A stretch of 64,000 nucleotides of DNA from an uncultured Gammaproteobacteria bacterium (GCA_964504665.1 CAZDEH010000003.1:1140-65139); one strand, 5' to 3'. Counted from the first letter of the stretch, positions 28,502 through 39,173 are shown. The notes: a model not told the origin generated them from the letters alone. A program made the numbers and translations.

Positions 28502-30697
28502 ATGCCCAGGCATTATAAAAAACCAGTTAAATCAAGTTCGTGGATACTACCTCTTCTTGCTGTGGCTTTTATTTTGATCAAAATTGGGCAAATACCTCTT
28601 TTTTTATGCAAAGTCATCATATTACTACTGACAATAAAATTACCTAGCAGATTTTTGGCTGGGTTACCAAAAGTCATTAAATTTCAAACTGTTATTTTCC
28701 TTTTTGCTATTTTTATCATTCTCTATTCTTATATTTTGTTAAAACTAGCTGTTCAGCTTCCTTCACCGGAGTTACTATCTGTTACCCCCCGCCCATTAAC
28801 TACGCAGGTTTTTGACAGAAACGGCAAGTTATTATTTCAGTTTTATGAAGGACAAAACCGTCAACCAATTGATATCAATACGCTGCCAAAATATATACTG
28901 CAAGCAACAATCGCCATCGAGGACAAACATTTTTATTCCCATCTTGGTTTTGATGCAGAAGGAATCATCCGTGCTCTGAAAGTCCGTCTAGCCTCGCAAG
29001 GATCAACCTTGCAAGGCGGATCAACAATCACCCAACAATTAATTAAAAATACCTTACTCACCCCTGACAAAACCCTAAAACGAAAAATTAAGGAGGTTAT
29101 TTTAGCTTTTTGGGCTGAAAGATTATACACCAAAGATCAAATTCTCCAGATGTATCTAAACGAGGCACCTTTTGGTGGACCATCCTGGGGAATTGAATCT
29201 GCTGCACAAACGTATTTTAACAAAAGTGCGAAAGATTTAAGTTTGGCCGAAAGCTCATTCCTGGCAGGACTTCCCGCTGCTCCTACAGAATACTCTCCTT
29301 TTGGTATTTATCCGGATAAGGGGAAGACAAGACAAATAGAAGTTCTACGCAGGATGGTAGAAGATGGGTATATCACCAAAGAGCAAATGACCCAAGCTCT
29401 CTCTGAAACTTTATCCTTTAAATCTCAAATTTTAGATATTAGAGCTCCCCACTTTGTAATGTACGTCCGTTCTCTACTGGCTGCTAAATACGGCGAAAAA
29501 GTAGTTTCCCAAGGAGGCTTGAAAGTTATTACCACACTTGATTTGAGTCTCCAGGAAATGGCAGAAAATATAGTTACACAAAATATGATTCCGTTGGCAA
29601 ATTTAAAAGTTGGAAACAGTGCAGCTATGATCACCGATAGTAGAAATGGTCAAATTTTAGTGATGGTGGGATCAAAGGATTATTTCGAAACAAACAGTGG
29701 TAATTATAATGTGGCTTTGGCAACCCGTCAACCAGGCTCATCTATTAAACCTGTAACCTATGCCACAGGATTTATGCAAGGCTTTACTCCAGGTACAACC
29801 CTTCTTGATTCCCATACAACATTCCCTCAAGCTGGGAGTAAACCTTATTCCCCGGTTAATTATGATGGCAGATTTCATGGACCTGTTTCGATAAGAACAG
29901 CTCTTGGATCTTCATATAATGTTCCTGCTGTCAAAATGTTAGCTCTGGTTGGAGTTCCCCAAATGATAAATACAGCTAAAGACTTAGGCATTACCACATT
30001 TAGTGATCCAGATAATTACGGATTATCCCTCACTCTTGGAGGTGGTGGAGTCAGACTAATTGATATGATGACAGTTTACGGCACTTTTGCTGCAAACGGT
30101 ATTAAACATCCCTCGCAAGCAATCTTAAAAATATATGACCCATACGGAAATGTGTTGGAAGACCACAGTAAAGATCAAGGAAAGCGTGTATTGTCGGAAG
30201 AAGTGGCATATCTTATAAATAATATTTTATCTGATAATAACGCCAGAACACCTGCTTTTGGAGTTAACTCACTTCTACAAATTTCTGGACATATAGTAGC
30301 AGTTAAAACAGGTACTTCAGATGATAAACGGGATAACTGGACCTTTGGGTATACTCCGGAGTATACAGTCGGGGTTTGGGTTGGGAATAATGATAACTCA
30401 CCCATGAACCCTATTCTTACTTCAGTCATCACAGGCGCTACTCCTATCTGGCATGATCTGATGACACAGATTTTAGTAGACAAATCAGATTTAGCATTCC
30501 AGAAACCGCCCGGGATAATTAATGCTGTAGTAGATAGCAGACACGATTTGGCAATTGCTGGAGTTCCGCCAAAATCAGTAACCAGGCTCAGTAAAATTCG
30601 AGGGAAGAACGGAACAACTGGCGAAGAAAAAGAAACTACAGCTTTTTCTGATCAATTCTCTAATTTTAAGCCTAATCAAAAAACAGTCATTCAGTAA
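28502..30697 (+). CDS. Class A penicillin-binding protein (transglycosylase/transpeptidase)
   Basis: EDKHFYSHLG, GGSTITQQL, RKIKE, SSIK, SYN, KTGT. Confidence 0.96.
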   Translation: MPRHYKKPVKSSSWILPLLAVAFILIKIGQIPLFLCKVIILLLTIKLPSRFLAGLPKVIKFQTVIFLFAIFIILYSYILLKLAVQLPSPELLSVTPRPLTTQVFDRNGKLLFQFYEGQNRQPIDINTLPKYILQATIAIEDKHFYSHLGFDAEGIIRALKVRLASQGSTLQGGSTITQQLIKNTLLTPDKTLKRKIKEVILAFWAERLYTKDQILQMYLNEAPFGGPSWGIESAAQTYFNKSAKDLSLAESSFLAGLPAAPTEYSPFGIYPDKGKTRQIEVLRRMVEDGYITKEQMTQALSETLSFKSQILDIRAPHFVMYVRSLLAAKYGEKVVSQGGLKVITTLDLSLQEMAENIVTQNMIPLANLKVGNSAAMITDSRNGQILVMVGSKDYFETNSGNYNVALATRQPGSSIKPVTYATGFMQGFTPGTTLLDSHTTFPQAGSKPYSPVNYDGRFHGPVSIRTALGSSYNVPAVKMLALVGVPQMINTAKDLGITTFSDPDNYGLSLTLGGGGVRLIDMMTVYGTFAANGIKHPSQAILKIYDPYGNVLEDHSKDQGKRVLSEEVAYLINNILSDNNARTPAFGVNSLLQISGHIVAVKTGTSDDKRDNWTFGYTPEYTVGVWVGNNDNSPMNPILTSVITGATPIWHDLMTQILVDKSDLAFQKPPGIINAVVDSRHDLAIAGVPPKSVTRLSKIRGKNGTTGEEKETTAFSDQFSNFKPNQKTVIQ
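28989..29017. repeat. REP family A, in frame in PBP
   Basis: GCCTCGCAAGG-atcaa-CCTTGCAAGGC, encodes ASQGSTLQG. Confidence 0.8.
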
Positions 30698-30777
30698 ACA
30701 TTTACTTTTAGCCTCGTAATATTATGATATAGAAAATCTATCTTGTTATCAACAAACACCTGTAATATTATAATTAA

Positions 30778-31098
30778 ATGAATAATGACGATTTAAATAA
30801 AATCCGTGGACTTATACAAGAAGAATTAGAACCAGTTAAAAAGATACTTACCCAGCATACTTAGGTTTTAGATAAACATACCAACACACTTACTACACTT
30901 TGGGAACAAACTACTAAATTAACAGAAGATTTGGGTGAAGTACAAGAAACTTTAAATCATCATACTAATTCTCTAAAAAGAATTGAAGAAAAAGTGGAAG
31001 CAAGTAATGATAATATATTCAGGCTTGATAAAAGAGTAACTGCAACTGAAACTCAGCTCGGGATTGTCCCTCCAGTGGAATTTGCTGTGATTAAATAA
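30778..31098 (+). pseudogene. Coiled-coil hypothetical with one in-frame TAG
   Basis: 106-codon frame interrupted only by TAG at 30862-30864. Confidence 0.7.
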
Positions 31099-31167
31099 TA
31101 TCACTTTGTAACTCTATGCTTACTTTTTTTCCAACACCACCCATCCTCTTTGGTCTATTTTTTTGAA

Positions 31168-31189
31168 CCTCCAAGGAGAGTCCTTGGAG
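31168..31189. repeat. REP family A upstream of RAYT 1
   Basis: CTCCAAGG-agagt-CCTTGGAG, 2 bp before TTGACA at 31192. Confidence 0.85.
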
Positions 31190-31227
31190 TCTTGACAAAA
31201 ACATTACTATATGTAATAAATGTATCT

Positions 31228-31914
31228 ATGCCTGCAAGAAACGCCATAAAACAATATCAGGAAAATGGATATTATCATCTTTATAATAGAGGTGTGGAAA
31301 AGAGGATTATCTTTCTGGACTCCCAGGATTATGGTGTATTCCTCTCTTATCTGAAAGAGTATCTTCTTCCTAAAGATGATGTTGGTTTGAGTAAACAACT
31401 CTCAAATTCCAATATTACTCCTAGAGAAAAGGATAAGATTCTTAAAGCTCTTAGATTAAATAATTTTTTTGGCGAAATAACCTTATTCACCTACTGCCTA
31501 ATGCCTAATCATTTTCACCTATTGATTAGACAAAAAAGTGCTGGTTCAATTAATAAATTTATGAGATCAATCGGAACAAGATACACCATGTATTTTAATA
31601 AAAAATATAAAAGGGTTGGAGCTCTCTGCCAGGCAGTGTACAAAGCAGTACTCATAGAAAATAACAACCAACTATTACACCTTAGCAGATATATTCATAA
31701 ACAATCCTTAGCTTCGCAAGGAGAGTCCTTGGAGGCACAACCATGCTCATATTTTGATTATCTTGGTAAAAGAAAAACTGAATGGGTAAAACCAGAAGAA
31801 ATTTTAGCCTATTTTTCTTCCACAAATCCCTTCCTCTCCTACCAAGCTTTTGTAGAAGAGAAAGATGATGAACTAATTCCCCACAAACTCCTTTTAGAAG
31901 AAGGCTGGCCATAA
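31228..31914 (+). mobile_element. REP-associated tyrosine transposase (Y1 HUH, RAYT) 1
   Basis: YHLYNRGVEKR, YCLMPNHFH, SRYIH. REP upstream and inside the gene. Confidence 0.92.
31709..31736. repeat. REP family A, in frame in RAYT 1
   Basis: GCTTCGCAAGG-agagt-CCTTGGAGGC, absent from paralog RAYT 2. Confidence 0.85.
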
Positions 31915-31959
31915 AAAATCACGCTTGACAGTAAGAGATAGATTTTATAGCATTGTTTA

Positions 31960-32241
31960 ATGAATGAATCTTTGAGGGATGTTAGCGGGGCTATAATATC
32001 AGAAACCCCTCTTGAAGGATCAAAAGTGATTCAATTACCACCCCAAAATGCTGATGAAGTCCGACGAAGATTGGGCTTAGATCAAGTATCCCCTCTCCAC
32101 CATCCACGTAATTTTGGAGCTATCGCCGCAACTCATAATGACTATGAAGGAACAATGGGAAGAACATCTCCAGGAATAGCTTTGAAATTAAATCGACACA
32201 ATAAGAATCGATTTGGACAAGTTAAAAAAGTCTCTGTTTAA
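31960..32241 (+). CDS. Hypothetical protein
   Basis: 93-aa ORF with TTGACA upstream. Confidence 0.5.
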   Translation: MNESLRDVSGAIISETPLEGSKVIQLPPQNADEVRRRLGLDQVSPLHHPRNFGAIAATHNDYEGTMGRTSPGIALKLNRHNKNRFGQVKKVSV

Positions 32242-32645
32242 TTTATTACCATCCAACCCCTTTGGTCTGATTTTTTAATCTTAATTGGGGATGTAATAAA
32301 CCTCTCTGAATCACCAATAAAGATTAAAGTCCCATATTTAGATTGTTTTTTATTTATATGATATTTATTGTCTTCTTCTATTTGTCCTATCCCAATCTGA
32401 TTACCATACTTCATAAAAATATCATCAATATCTTGTTCAGTTAGGCCGTCAAAAGAGAACACTTTTTTTACTCTAAATTGACCGATTACCTCTTCCCCTG
32501 GTGGCTTCATATAAATCAAATCTTCCTTGGAAATAACACCAAAAGGGGCAATTTTATGCAGAGAAAAACGGGTTTCAATGGTTTTTTTACCATTAAGTAT
32601 TGCTTCTATAGTAGCCTTATTCATTATTGCTAAGTGCTTTTTCAT
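32238..32645 (-). CDS. ASCH/PUA-like domain protein
   Basis: AILNGKKTIETR motif. Confidence 0.8.
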   Translation of the reverse strand: MKKHLAIMNKATIEAILNGKKTIETRFSLHKIAPFGVISKEDLIYMKPPGEEVIGQFRVKKVFSFDGLTEQDIDDIFMKYGNQIGIGQIEEDNKYHINKKQSKYGTLIFIGDSERFITSPIKIKKSDQRGWMVIN

Positions 32646-32721
32646 AGTATGATCTTAACCTACTCCGAATATACTCTTAAAGTCATGGAACTTCAAGCCA
32701 GGTTATGTTAAACTTAAGGTT

Positions 32722-32910
32722 ATGAATAAAGCACTTGATTTTATTAGTGAGGTTAGGGTAGAATTACAAAAAGTCGTTTGGCCTACACCAAATGCTACAC
32801 TACGGCTTACAGTAATTGTTATTTTAGTAACTCTTACCGTAGGCTTTTTTGTTGGAGGAGTAGATTTTGTGCTAACAAAAGCACTTGAACTTTTGTTAAA
32901 TAAAAAATAA
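32722..32910 (+). CDS. secE: Preprotein translocase SecE
   Basis: ELQKVVWP plus TM helix, upstream of nusG. Confidence 0.96.
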   Translation: MNKALDFISEVRVELQKVVWPTPNATLRLTVIVILVTLTVGFFVGGVDFVLTKALELLLNKK

Positions 32911-32912
32911 AT

Positions 32913-33737
32913 ATGAATGAAGATCAAACTATAAAACAGGATGACCCACAAACAACCCCAATTGATGAGGCAAATCCAGTTGTGGAAGAACCAGAAGCAA
33001 CTGAAGCAAAACCCGACGAAATAGATACTGCGGGTGACGCAGAGGAGAGATCTCAGGCGTCGACCGCAAGTGAGCCTGCGAACGAGGAGGCACCTGAAAT
33101 ACCACCAGCAAAGGACCCGCAGACAGAAGAACCAGCAGAAACAACAGAAGAAGGAACTGAAGAATCTGATGTCGCCGACGAGCCGGCTCCCCAACCTGAA
33201 CCTGATATCCCTGGTTCCCATTGGTATGTAGTCCATACTTATTCTGGACAAGAAAACAGAGTGGCAGCAGCTTTAAAGCAAAGAGTTGAATCAGAACATT
33301 TGGAAAATCAAATCTTGGATATACTAGTTCCTACCCAGGAGAAAATTGAAATCAGGGGTGGAAAAAAAGAAAATGTGAAAGAAAAAATATTTCCTGGTTA
33401 TATTTTAGTCAGAATGGTTTTGGATGATATTTCCTGGCTGGCAGTTCGGACCACACAAGGAGTCACATCATTTGTAGGAATGAGCAATAAACCAACCGCC
33501 ATCCCTGATTCCGAGGTCAAATCAATCGTTTCTTATTTGTCTCAAGGAGCTCAACCTACTTATAAAACAACTTTCTCGGAAAATGATACTGTCAAAATCA
33601 TTGACGGACCGTTTGCTGAATTTATCGGCAAAGTGGAATCTGTTGATAAAGAAAGAGGTAAAATTAAAGTCCTGGTTTCTATCTTTGGCAGAGAAACACC
33701 AGTGGAGCTAGACTTTCTTCAAGTTGCGAAATTATAA
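32913..33737 (+). CDS. nusG: NusG with long acidic N-terminal extension
   Basis: WYVVHTYSGQE, FPGYILV, GPFAEF, FGRETPVEL. Confidence 0.97.
   Translation: MNEDQTIKQDDPQTTPIDEANPVVEEPEATEAKPDEIDTAGDAEERSQASTASEPANEEAPEIPPAKDPQTEEPAETTEEGTEESDVADEPAPQPEPDIPGSHWYVVHTYSGQENRVAAALKQRVESEHLENQILDILVPTQEKIEIRGGKKENVKEKIFPGYILVRMVLDDISWLAVRTTQGVTSFVGMSNKPTAIPDSEVKSIVSYLSQGAQPTYKTTFSENDTVKIIDGPFAEFIGKVESVDKERGKIKVLVSIFGRETPVELDFLQVAKL
33031..33096. repeat. GC-rich element in frame in the nusG extension
   Basis: GGGTGAC...GGCACCT imperfect terminal inverted repeat, encodes GDAEERSQASTASEPANEEAP. Confidence 0.45.
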
Positions 33738-33746
33738 CCCAAAACT

Positions 33747-34172
33747 ATGGCAAAGAAGATTAAGACCTATATTAAATTAAATGTTCCAGCAGGATCAGCT
33801 ACAGCTGCCCCTCCTGTGGGACCTGCTTTAGGTCAACACGGTCTTCCTATCATGGAATTTGTCAAGGCTTTTAACGAGAGGACAGCCGATAAAAAAGGCA
33901 ATATTTTACCTGTAGTTATTACAGTTTATATTGATAGAACTTTTTCTTTTATTACCAAAGAACCACCGGTAGCAGAAATGATTAAGAAATCTTTAAATAT
34001 CGAAAAAGGTTCAGGTAAAGCCGGTAAAGAGTCTGCTGGAACTTTAAGCCAGGATCAAATTAGAAAAATTGCCGAAGCTAAACTACCTGATTTTAATACC
34101 AAGCAGGTGGAATCTGCTATGAAAATGGTTGAGGGAGTTGCCAAATCAATGGGAGTAAAAATCCAAAAATAA
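33747..34172 (+). CDS. rplK: 50S ribosomal protein L11
   Basis: PPVGPALGQHG, F.KAFN.RT. Confidence 0.98.
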   Translation: MAKKIKTYIKLNVPAGSATAAPPVGPALGQHGLPIMEFVKAFNERTADKKGNILPVVITVYIDRTFSFITKEPPVAEMIKKSLNIEKGSGKAGKESAGTLSQDQIRKIAEAKLPDFNTKQVESAMKMVEGVAKSMGVKIQK

Positions 34173-34173
34173 T

Positions 34174-34965
34174 ATGGGTAAAACTAAAATAAAAAAAATT
34201 GAGGAAATTGAAGAAGTAAAAACAAATACCATACCAGAAATGAGTGAGGATGCACGGCGGGAAACCGAGCTGGCAGGACCCCAAACCAAGGACGAAAAGA
34301 AAAGTAAGAAACCAAAAAAAGGTCAGCCTAAAATCCGTTCTAAAAAATATCAGGAAGTTTTAGAAAAAATAGATAAAAACCAAAAATTAGCAGCAAACTT
34401 AGCTGTAGAAGCCACCCAAAAAGGTTCCTATTCTAAATTTGAAGGAACAATAGAGGCTCATATTAATACTAATGCTAAAAATCTACGCGGTTTAGTTAAT
34501 TTGCCTTTTGCCCAAGGTAAGAAATTAAGGATTTTAGCTTTTGGAACTAATGCAGATAAATCCGGTGCTGACATTATTGGATCAGAAGAGGCAATTGGAG
34601 AAATTGAAAAAGGCAAAATTAATTTTGATATTGTAGTTACAACCCCAGAGTGGATGCCCAAATTAGCTAAAATTGCTAAAATCCTGGGACCCAAAAGTTT
34701 AATGCCTAACCCCAAAAATGGAACTATCACAGAAAATTTAGAAAAAGCTGTCACAGAGCTTCAAGCCGGTAAAACCGAATATAAAACCGAAAACAATGGG
34801 CAGGTAATTCATCTATCCGTTGGAAAGTCTAATCAAAACCCGGAAGAAATAGTAGCAAATCTTAAAGTGATTTATAATACTGTGGGCAGATCAAAAATCA
34901 AAAAGATCTTTCTTTCCCCCACCATGGGCCCATCTGTGAAAGTAGATTTATCAACTCTAAATTAA
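34174..34965 (+). CDS. rplA: 50S ribosomal protein L1
   Basis: ILGPKSLMPNPKNGT, PTMGPSV. Confidence 0.97.
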   Translation: MGKTKIKKIEEIEEVKTNTIPEMSEDARRETELAGPQTKDEKKSKKPKKGQPKIRSKKYQEVLEKIDKNQKLAANLAVEATQKGSYSKFEGTIEAHINTNAKNLRGLVNLPFAQGKKLRILAFGTNADKSGADIIGSEEAIGEIEKGKINFDIVVTTPEWMPKLAKIAKILGPKSLMPNPKNGTITENLEKAVTELQAGKTEYKTENNGQVIHLSVGKSNQNPEEIVANLKVIYNTVGRSKIKKIFLSPTMGPSVKVDLSTLN

Positions 34966-34970
34966 TTTTT

Positions 34971-35237
34971 ATGAAAGAAGATTTTTTGAGAACTACTGAA
35001 AATGTTTTAAAAGAAGGACCTCCATTAGAATGGTACTATGGATTTGGAAGAAAAGATGCTGGAATTACACATATAGATTATTCAGATATCTTTAGACAAT
35101 CTTTTAATGGAAGATTAGATCGCTATTTTGGGCAGTGGTCTCATATTGGTGTCATGCCAAGGGTTTTTGGAATTCCTGAAGGAGAAGAAGATCAATATGA
35201 ACAGTTAATTATGCAACTGCATGTACAAGATCTATAA
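34971..35237 (+). CDS. Hypothetical protein, possibly truncated, next to IS30
   Basis: 88-aa ORF ending about 30 bp before the IS end. Confidence 0.4.
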   Translation: MKEDFLRTTENVLKEGPPLEWYYGFGRKDAGITHIDYSDIFRQSFNGRLDRYFGQWSHIGVMPRVFGIPEGEEDQYEQLIMQLHVQDL

Positions 35238-35269
35238 GATATCTGGATTTTGGCCTGAAGAAATCGTAC

Positions 35270-36193
35270 ATTCTAGGTGGAAGTGCACCACTTGCTTAGG
35301 ATAATACCTCCATCATTTTCTCATATGGTGTCAAGTATCCCAGACATTTTCTGGGAGTTGAATTTAATCTGTACTCCAACTCCTTGATCTGATCCTCTGT
35401 TAAATTATCCAGACTCAACCTTTTAGGAATGAATCTTCTTATCCTGCCATTAGTATTTTCAACTGTCCCTTTCTCCCAGGAATGGTAGGCATGACAGAAA
35501 AACATAGATAATTTAAGTTTACTGGCAATCTCCTGATGGTTGGTATTTTCTGCTCCATTGTCAGCTGTTAAAGTTACTCTGGGAAAAGTAGCCAATCTTT
35601 CAATTAAGCTTTCTGTTTTAGACTCAGCAGATCTACTGGTAAGAGATAATATCGTCAGTCTTGTTAACCTTTCAACTGTCACAGACAAGGCAGTTTTATC
35701 TGTCTGTTTACCAATAACATTATCTGTTTCCCAGTCTCCAACCCTGGATCTTAAGCTGACTGTCTCAGGTCTTAAATCAATACTGACTGCAAAGGGTATT
35801 TTTGAGGCTCTTTGAACCCTTCTACCCATCTTTTTCATCCTCTTTTTCCTGGCATGAGGTAGTAGTTTCCAAAGATTATATCTTTTTGATTTCTTTGAAT
35901 AAATGTACTGGTAAATTGCCTCAGTACAAATACTTTCACCAGGATGTATCTTTGGTAATCTTCCACTAATTTCCTCCGGAGTCTAGCTAAATGGAGCTCT
36001 TAAATGTTCCCTGACAAAACTTGAATGGGATCTGCCTAATCTTTTAGCAATATCCCGAAGAGATAATCCAGCCTCTTTAAAAGCTACTAATTTTTCTCTT
36101 TCTTCCAAACTTAGATGTTTATATTTATTCATTAAGTGCACCTCCTTCCCCAGGTATGAATTTTACTCTAGGTGGTGCACTTCGTTTTAGAAT
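35270..36193 (-). mobile_element. IS30-family element, defective
   Basis: Terminal IRs ATTCTAnnnnGAAGTGCACCAC (18/22 match). Transposase 36132-35296 has an HTH, GDWETD, DNGAE and WEKGTVENTNGRIRR, but carries TAG at 35983-35985 and an apparent internal deletion. Confidence 0.92.
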
Positions 36194-36284
36194 CTATGAA
36201 TAGTAGGAAAAAAGATGCTCTTTTAATAATTTATGAAGGACTAGAATCTGCTCCATTTCAAGTCTTATTAATAAATTGATTTGT

Positions 36285-36309
36285 GCCTCCAAGGGGACGC
36301 CTTGGAGGT
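36285..36309. repeat. REP family A upstream of RAYT 2
   Basis: GCCTCCAAGG-ggacg-CCTTGGAGGT, overlapping TTGACA at 36309. Confidence 0.9.
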
Positions 36310-36342
36310 TGACATTTCTCACAGTCATGCTATTTTATATAT

Positions 36343-37017
36343 ATGCCCAGCAAAAATTCCATCAAACAGTATACAGAAAATAGCTATTATCATATCTATA
36401 ATCGAGGAGTTGAGAAAAGAAAAATTTTTCTTGATGAACAAGATTATGGAGTATTCCTCTCCTATCTTAAAGAATACCTTTTATCAAAAGATGAAAAAGA
36501 CTTATTAAATCAACTTTCTATTCCAACTATCTCTGCTCAAGAAAGGGACCGGGTACTTAAAAAACTTAGACTGAACAATTTTGCTGATGAAATAACTTTG
36601 TTAGCTTATTGTTTGATGCCGAATCATTTTCACTTCTTTATTAAGCAAAAAAACGAAAAGTCCATTGATAAGTTTATGAATTCCCTCTTAACTAGATATA
36701 CTATGTATTTTAATAAAAAATATAAACGAGTTGGGGCTTTATATCAGGATGTTTATAAAGCAGTTACGGTTGACCGCGAAGATCAATTTCTTTATCTTAC
36801 TAAATATATTCATAAACAGGCTTTAAAAACCCACAAAAGACAACCGTCTTCCCTACCTGATTATCTTGGAAACAGAAAAACTGAATGGGTTCACCCCGAA
36901 GAAATATTAGCTTATTTTTCCAAAACCAAACCCTCTCTTAGTTATAAAGATTTCCTTGATCTAGAAGAATCTGAAGATCTATTAACTATCCAAGACTTAA
37001 TGATTGATATCAAATAA
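36343..37017 (+). mobile_element. REP-associated tyrosine transposase (RAYT) 2
   Basis: YHIYNRGVEKR, YCLMPNHFH, KYIH. Identical REPs on both sides. Confidence 0.92.
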
Positions 37018-37038
37018 CTCTCCACTCTCCCTCTTCAT

Positions 37039-37061
37039 GCCTCCAAGGGGACGCCTTGGAG
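37039..37061. repeat. REP family A downstream of RAYT 2
   Basis: Identical to 36285-36307. Confidence 0.9.
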
Positions 37062-37063
37062 AT

Positions 37064-38059
37064 TCATTTTCCTTTTCCTTTGATTTTTCTCCACACTAAA
37101 TTTAAATCAAACTTAAGAAAATATAACGAGGCAGTTCCTAAGATTGCCAGAACTATCAGCGTCAAGATATGGGCAAAAACTGTGCCTGCTGAAGCAACAT
37201 CAGCATTAATACCTAACACACCTCCAAATACTGCTAAACCTGCTGCTTCAGCTGAACCAATAAAACCAGGGGCAGATGGCATTAAATAGGTAAAAGCATT
37301 TAAGGCGTTACCCAAAATTCCCTGACTTAAACTAAAATCAGGCATAAATTGACGGAAACAGACCAGCATTAAAAATCCATCTGAGGTTGCCGCCAAAAAA
37401 CTTAAGAATATAAATAAAGCTAGTTCTTTGGGATGACGATCTAAGACTTCAAACCCTTCAATAATTGTCACACTAAAATTAACGAATTTTTGCTTCAAAC
37501 TTGGGAATATTAAAACTCCGCTGACAAGCTTTATTAGTTTTTTGAGATTATGTGATTTTTTAACAGCCATGGTTAATAGAACCATTAAAACAATAAAAAT
37601 CAGTGAAATTACTTTGAAAAAATCAGCAGGTAAATTTGTTGGCACAAAATTAATAAATACCACCACTATCATGACAAACGTTAGAAAATCCATGAAACGG
37701 TCGATAAATATCCAAGTTAAAGTTTTAGCAAAAGGAACTTTAAATTGATGTGATAAATAAACGCTTTTAGCAATCTCCCCTGCCCTGATAGGAATCAGCA
37801 GAGATAAAAACTGACTCAAAAAATTTAACAGCCATAAATCTTTCCAAGCCAAATTTGGTATATTAAGTATTTTTTGGAGTCTTAAGGCCTTAAACCCTGC
37901 GGAAGCCACAAAGAACAATAAGAAAGGAAAAATTACACTCGGGCTGGCTGAAAACACTTTGGCCAAAACATCACCTAAATTAACAAACCTACTCCAAATA
38001 ATAATCAGCACAACACCTAAAATGGTGTTTAAAACAATCTTGGGAAGAATTTGCCTCAT
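37064..38059 (-). CDS. Lysylphosphatidylglycerol synthase TM / flippase-like protein
   Basis: PIRAGEIAK, DRFMD, PSAPGFIGSAE. Confidence 0.88.
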   Translation of the reverse strand: MRQILPKIVLNTILGVVLIIIWSRFVNLGDVLAKVFSASPSVIFPFLLFFVASAGFKALRLQKILNIPNLAWKDLWLLNFLSQFLSLLIPIRAGEIAKSVYLSHQFKVPFAKTLTWIFIDRFMDFLTFVMIVVVFINFVPTNLPADFFKVISLIFIVLMVLLTMAVKKSHNLKKLIKLVSGVLIFPSLKQKFVNFSVTIIEGFEVLDRHPKELALFIFLSFLAATSDGFLMLVCFRQFMPDFSLSQGILGNALNAFTYLMPSAPGFIGSAEAAGLAVFGGVLGINADVASAGTVFAHILTLIVLAILGTASLYFLKFDLNLVWRKIKGKGK

Positions 38060-38100
38060 CTGGAGATTATACTTTATTTGTGCTAATCTTAAAATAAACT

Positions 38101-39066
38101 ATGCCAGGCTTAACAAAAACTCAGATCATTGGTTTGATCGGTTTCTTATTAATATTAATCAGCATCCCAATTTCCTTCTCTTTAGCCAAGAGATCCCAAA
38201 TTTTCCGCTCCCGGGCATCTGAATTAAAAACTACTGCTACAACCACCGGAACAGTTTCCGGAACAGTGACAAAATCCCGCGAAGTTCCTGCTTCTTCCCC
38301 CCTGACTGATTTACAAAAATTACTACAGGGAGAATCCCCAACCCCAGACAGTACTACAAACCCAAGTATTTCCCCTACTCCCACATCTGAAGTTAGCCTG
38401 GCTTTCGGGCCAACTTTAAATCTTAAGGTTTCTATCGAAGGTAGGCCTGAAGCTAAACAATCAGATAGAATATTTATCGGTATTGCTTCAAACAGTACTG
38501 CTCCCCCAACATACATTTTGACTTTCACTATCGATATGCCTGATTCAGGAATATTTAAAGGTATCTCCCTGGCAGGTCTAAATCCGGGTTCTCAGTATAC
38601 AGCTTTTATCAAAGGAACATCACAAATTGACGTTTCCTCAACTTTTACCATGGATCCAACAGAAAGCAATCTTAATAATGATCAACCAATAACCTTAATT
38701 TCCGGTGACTTAAATGAGGATAATACTATCAATACTACAGATTATTCTCTTGCCCAAAACCTATATGGCACTACATCATCTTCCAGTAATTGGAATGCCC
38801 GAGCTGATTTTAACAAGGATAATATAATTAATAACTATGACCTGGCTATTATTTCTAAAAATATAGGCAAAGCAGGAGCATCTGGATCCTGGATTTCTTC
38901 CCCAAGGCCATCTACCCAATCAGCCTCATTAACTACTAAACCAGGTGTGGGTGGTCCACCTACAAATTTTGGTGATCTACTTTTATCATCCAGCCCCTCT
39001 GCCTCACCTACAGAACCATCTAATAATACTTCTAATTCTTCTAGTTATTGGCTACGGGTTCCATAA
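38101..39066 (+). CDS. Membrane-anchored dockerin-domain protein
   Basis: GDLNEDNTINTTD and ADFNKDNIINNYD calcium-loop pair. Confidence 0.85.
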   Translation: MPGLTKTQIIGLIGFLLILISIPISFSLAKRSQIFRSRASELKTTATTTGTVSGTVTKSREVPASSPLTDLQKLLQGESPTPDSTTNPSISPTPTSEVSLAFGPTLNLKVSIEGRPEAKQSDRIFIGIASNSTAPPTYILTFTIDMPDSGIFKGISLAGLNPGSQYTAFIKGTSQIDVSSTFTMDPTESNLNNDQPITLISGDLNEDNTINTTDYSLAQNLYGTTSSSSNWNARADFNKDNIINNYDLAIISKNIGKAGASGSWISSPRPSTQSASLTTKPGVGGPPTNFGDLLLSSSPSASPTEPSNNTSNSSSYWLRVP

Positions 39067-39173
39067 AAGAATTCTTAACTTGGACTTCAGCCGGATCTTG
39101 TAAACCCAGTCTTTTCCAAACGGTAAAATGCCTTGACAAATTTGGATTTGTGTAATACAGTATATACAATTGA

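Noticed and set aside
32686-32713. TTATGTTAAAC resembling the XerD arm of dif
   Set aside because: No XerC arm. It coincides with the extended -10 box of secE.
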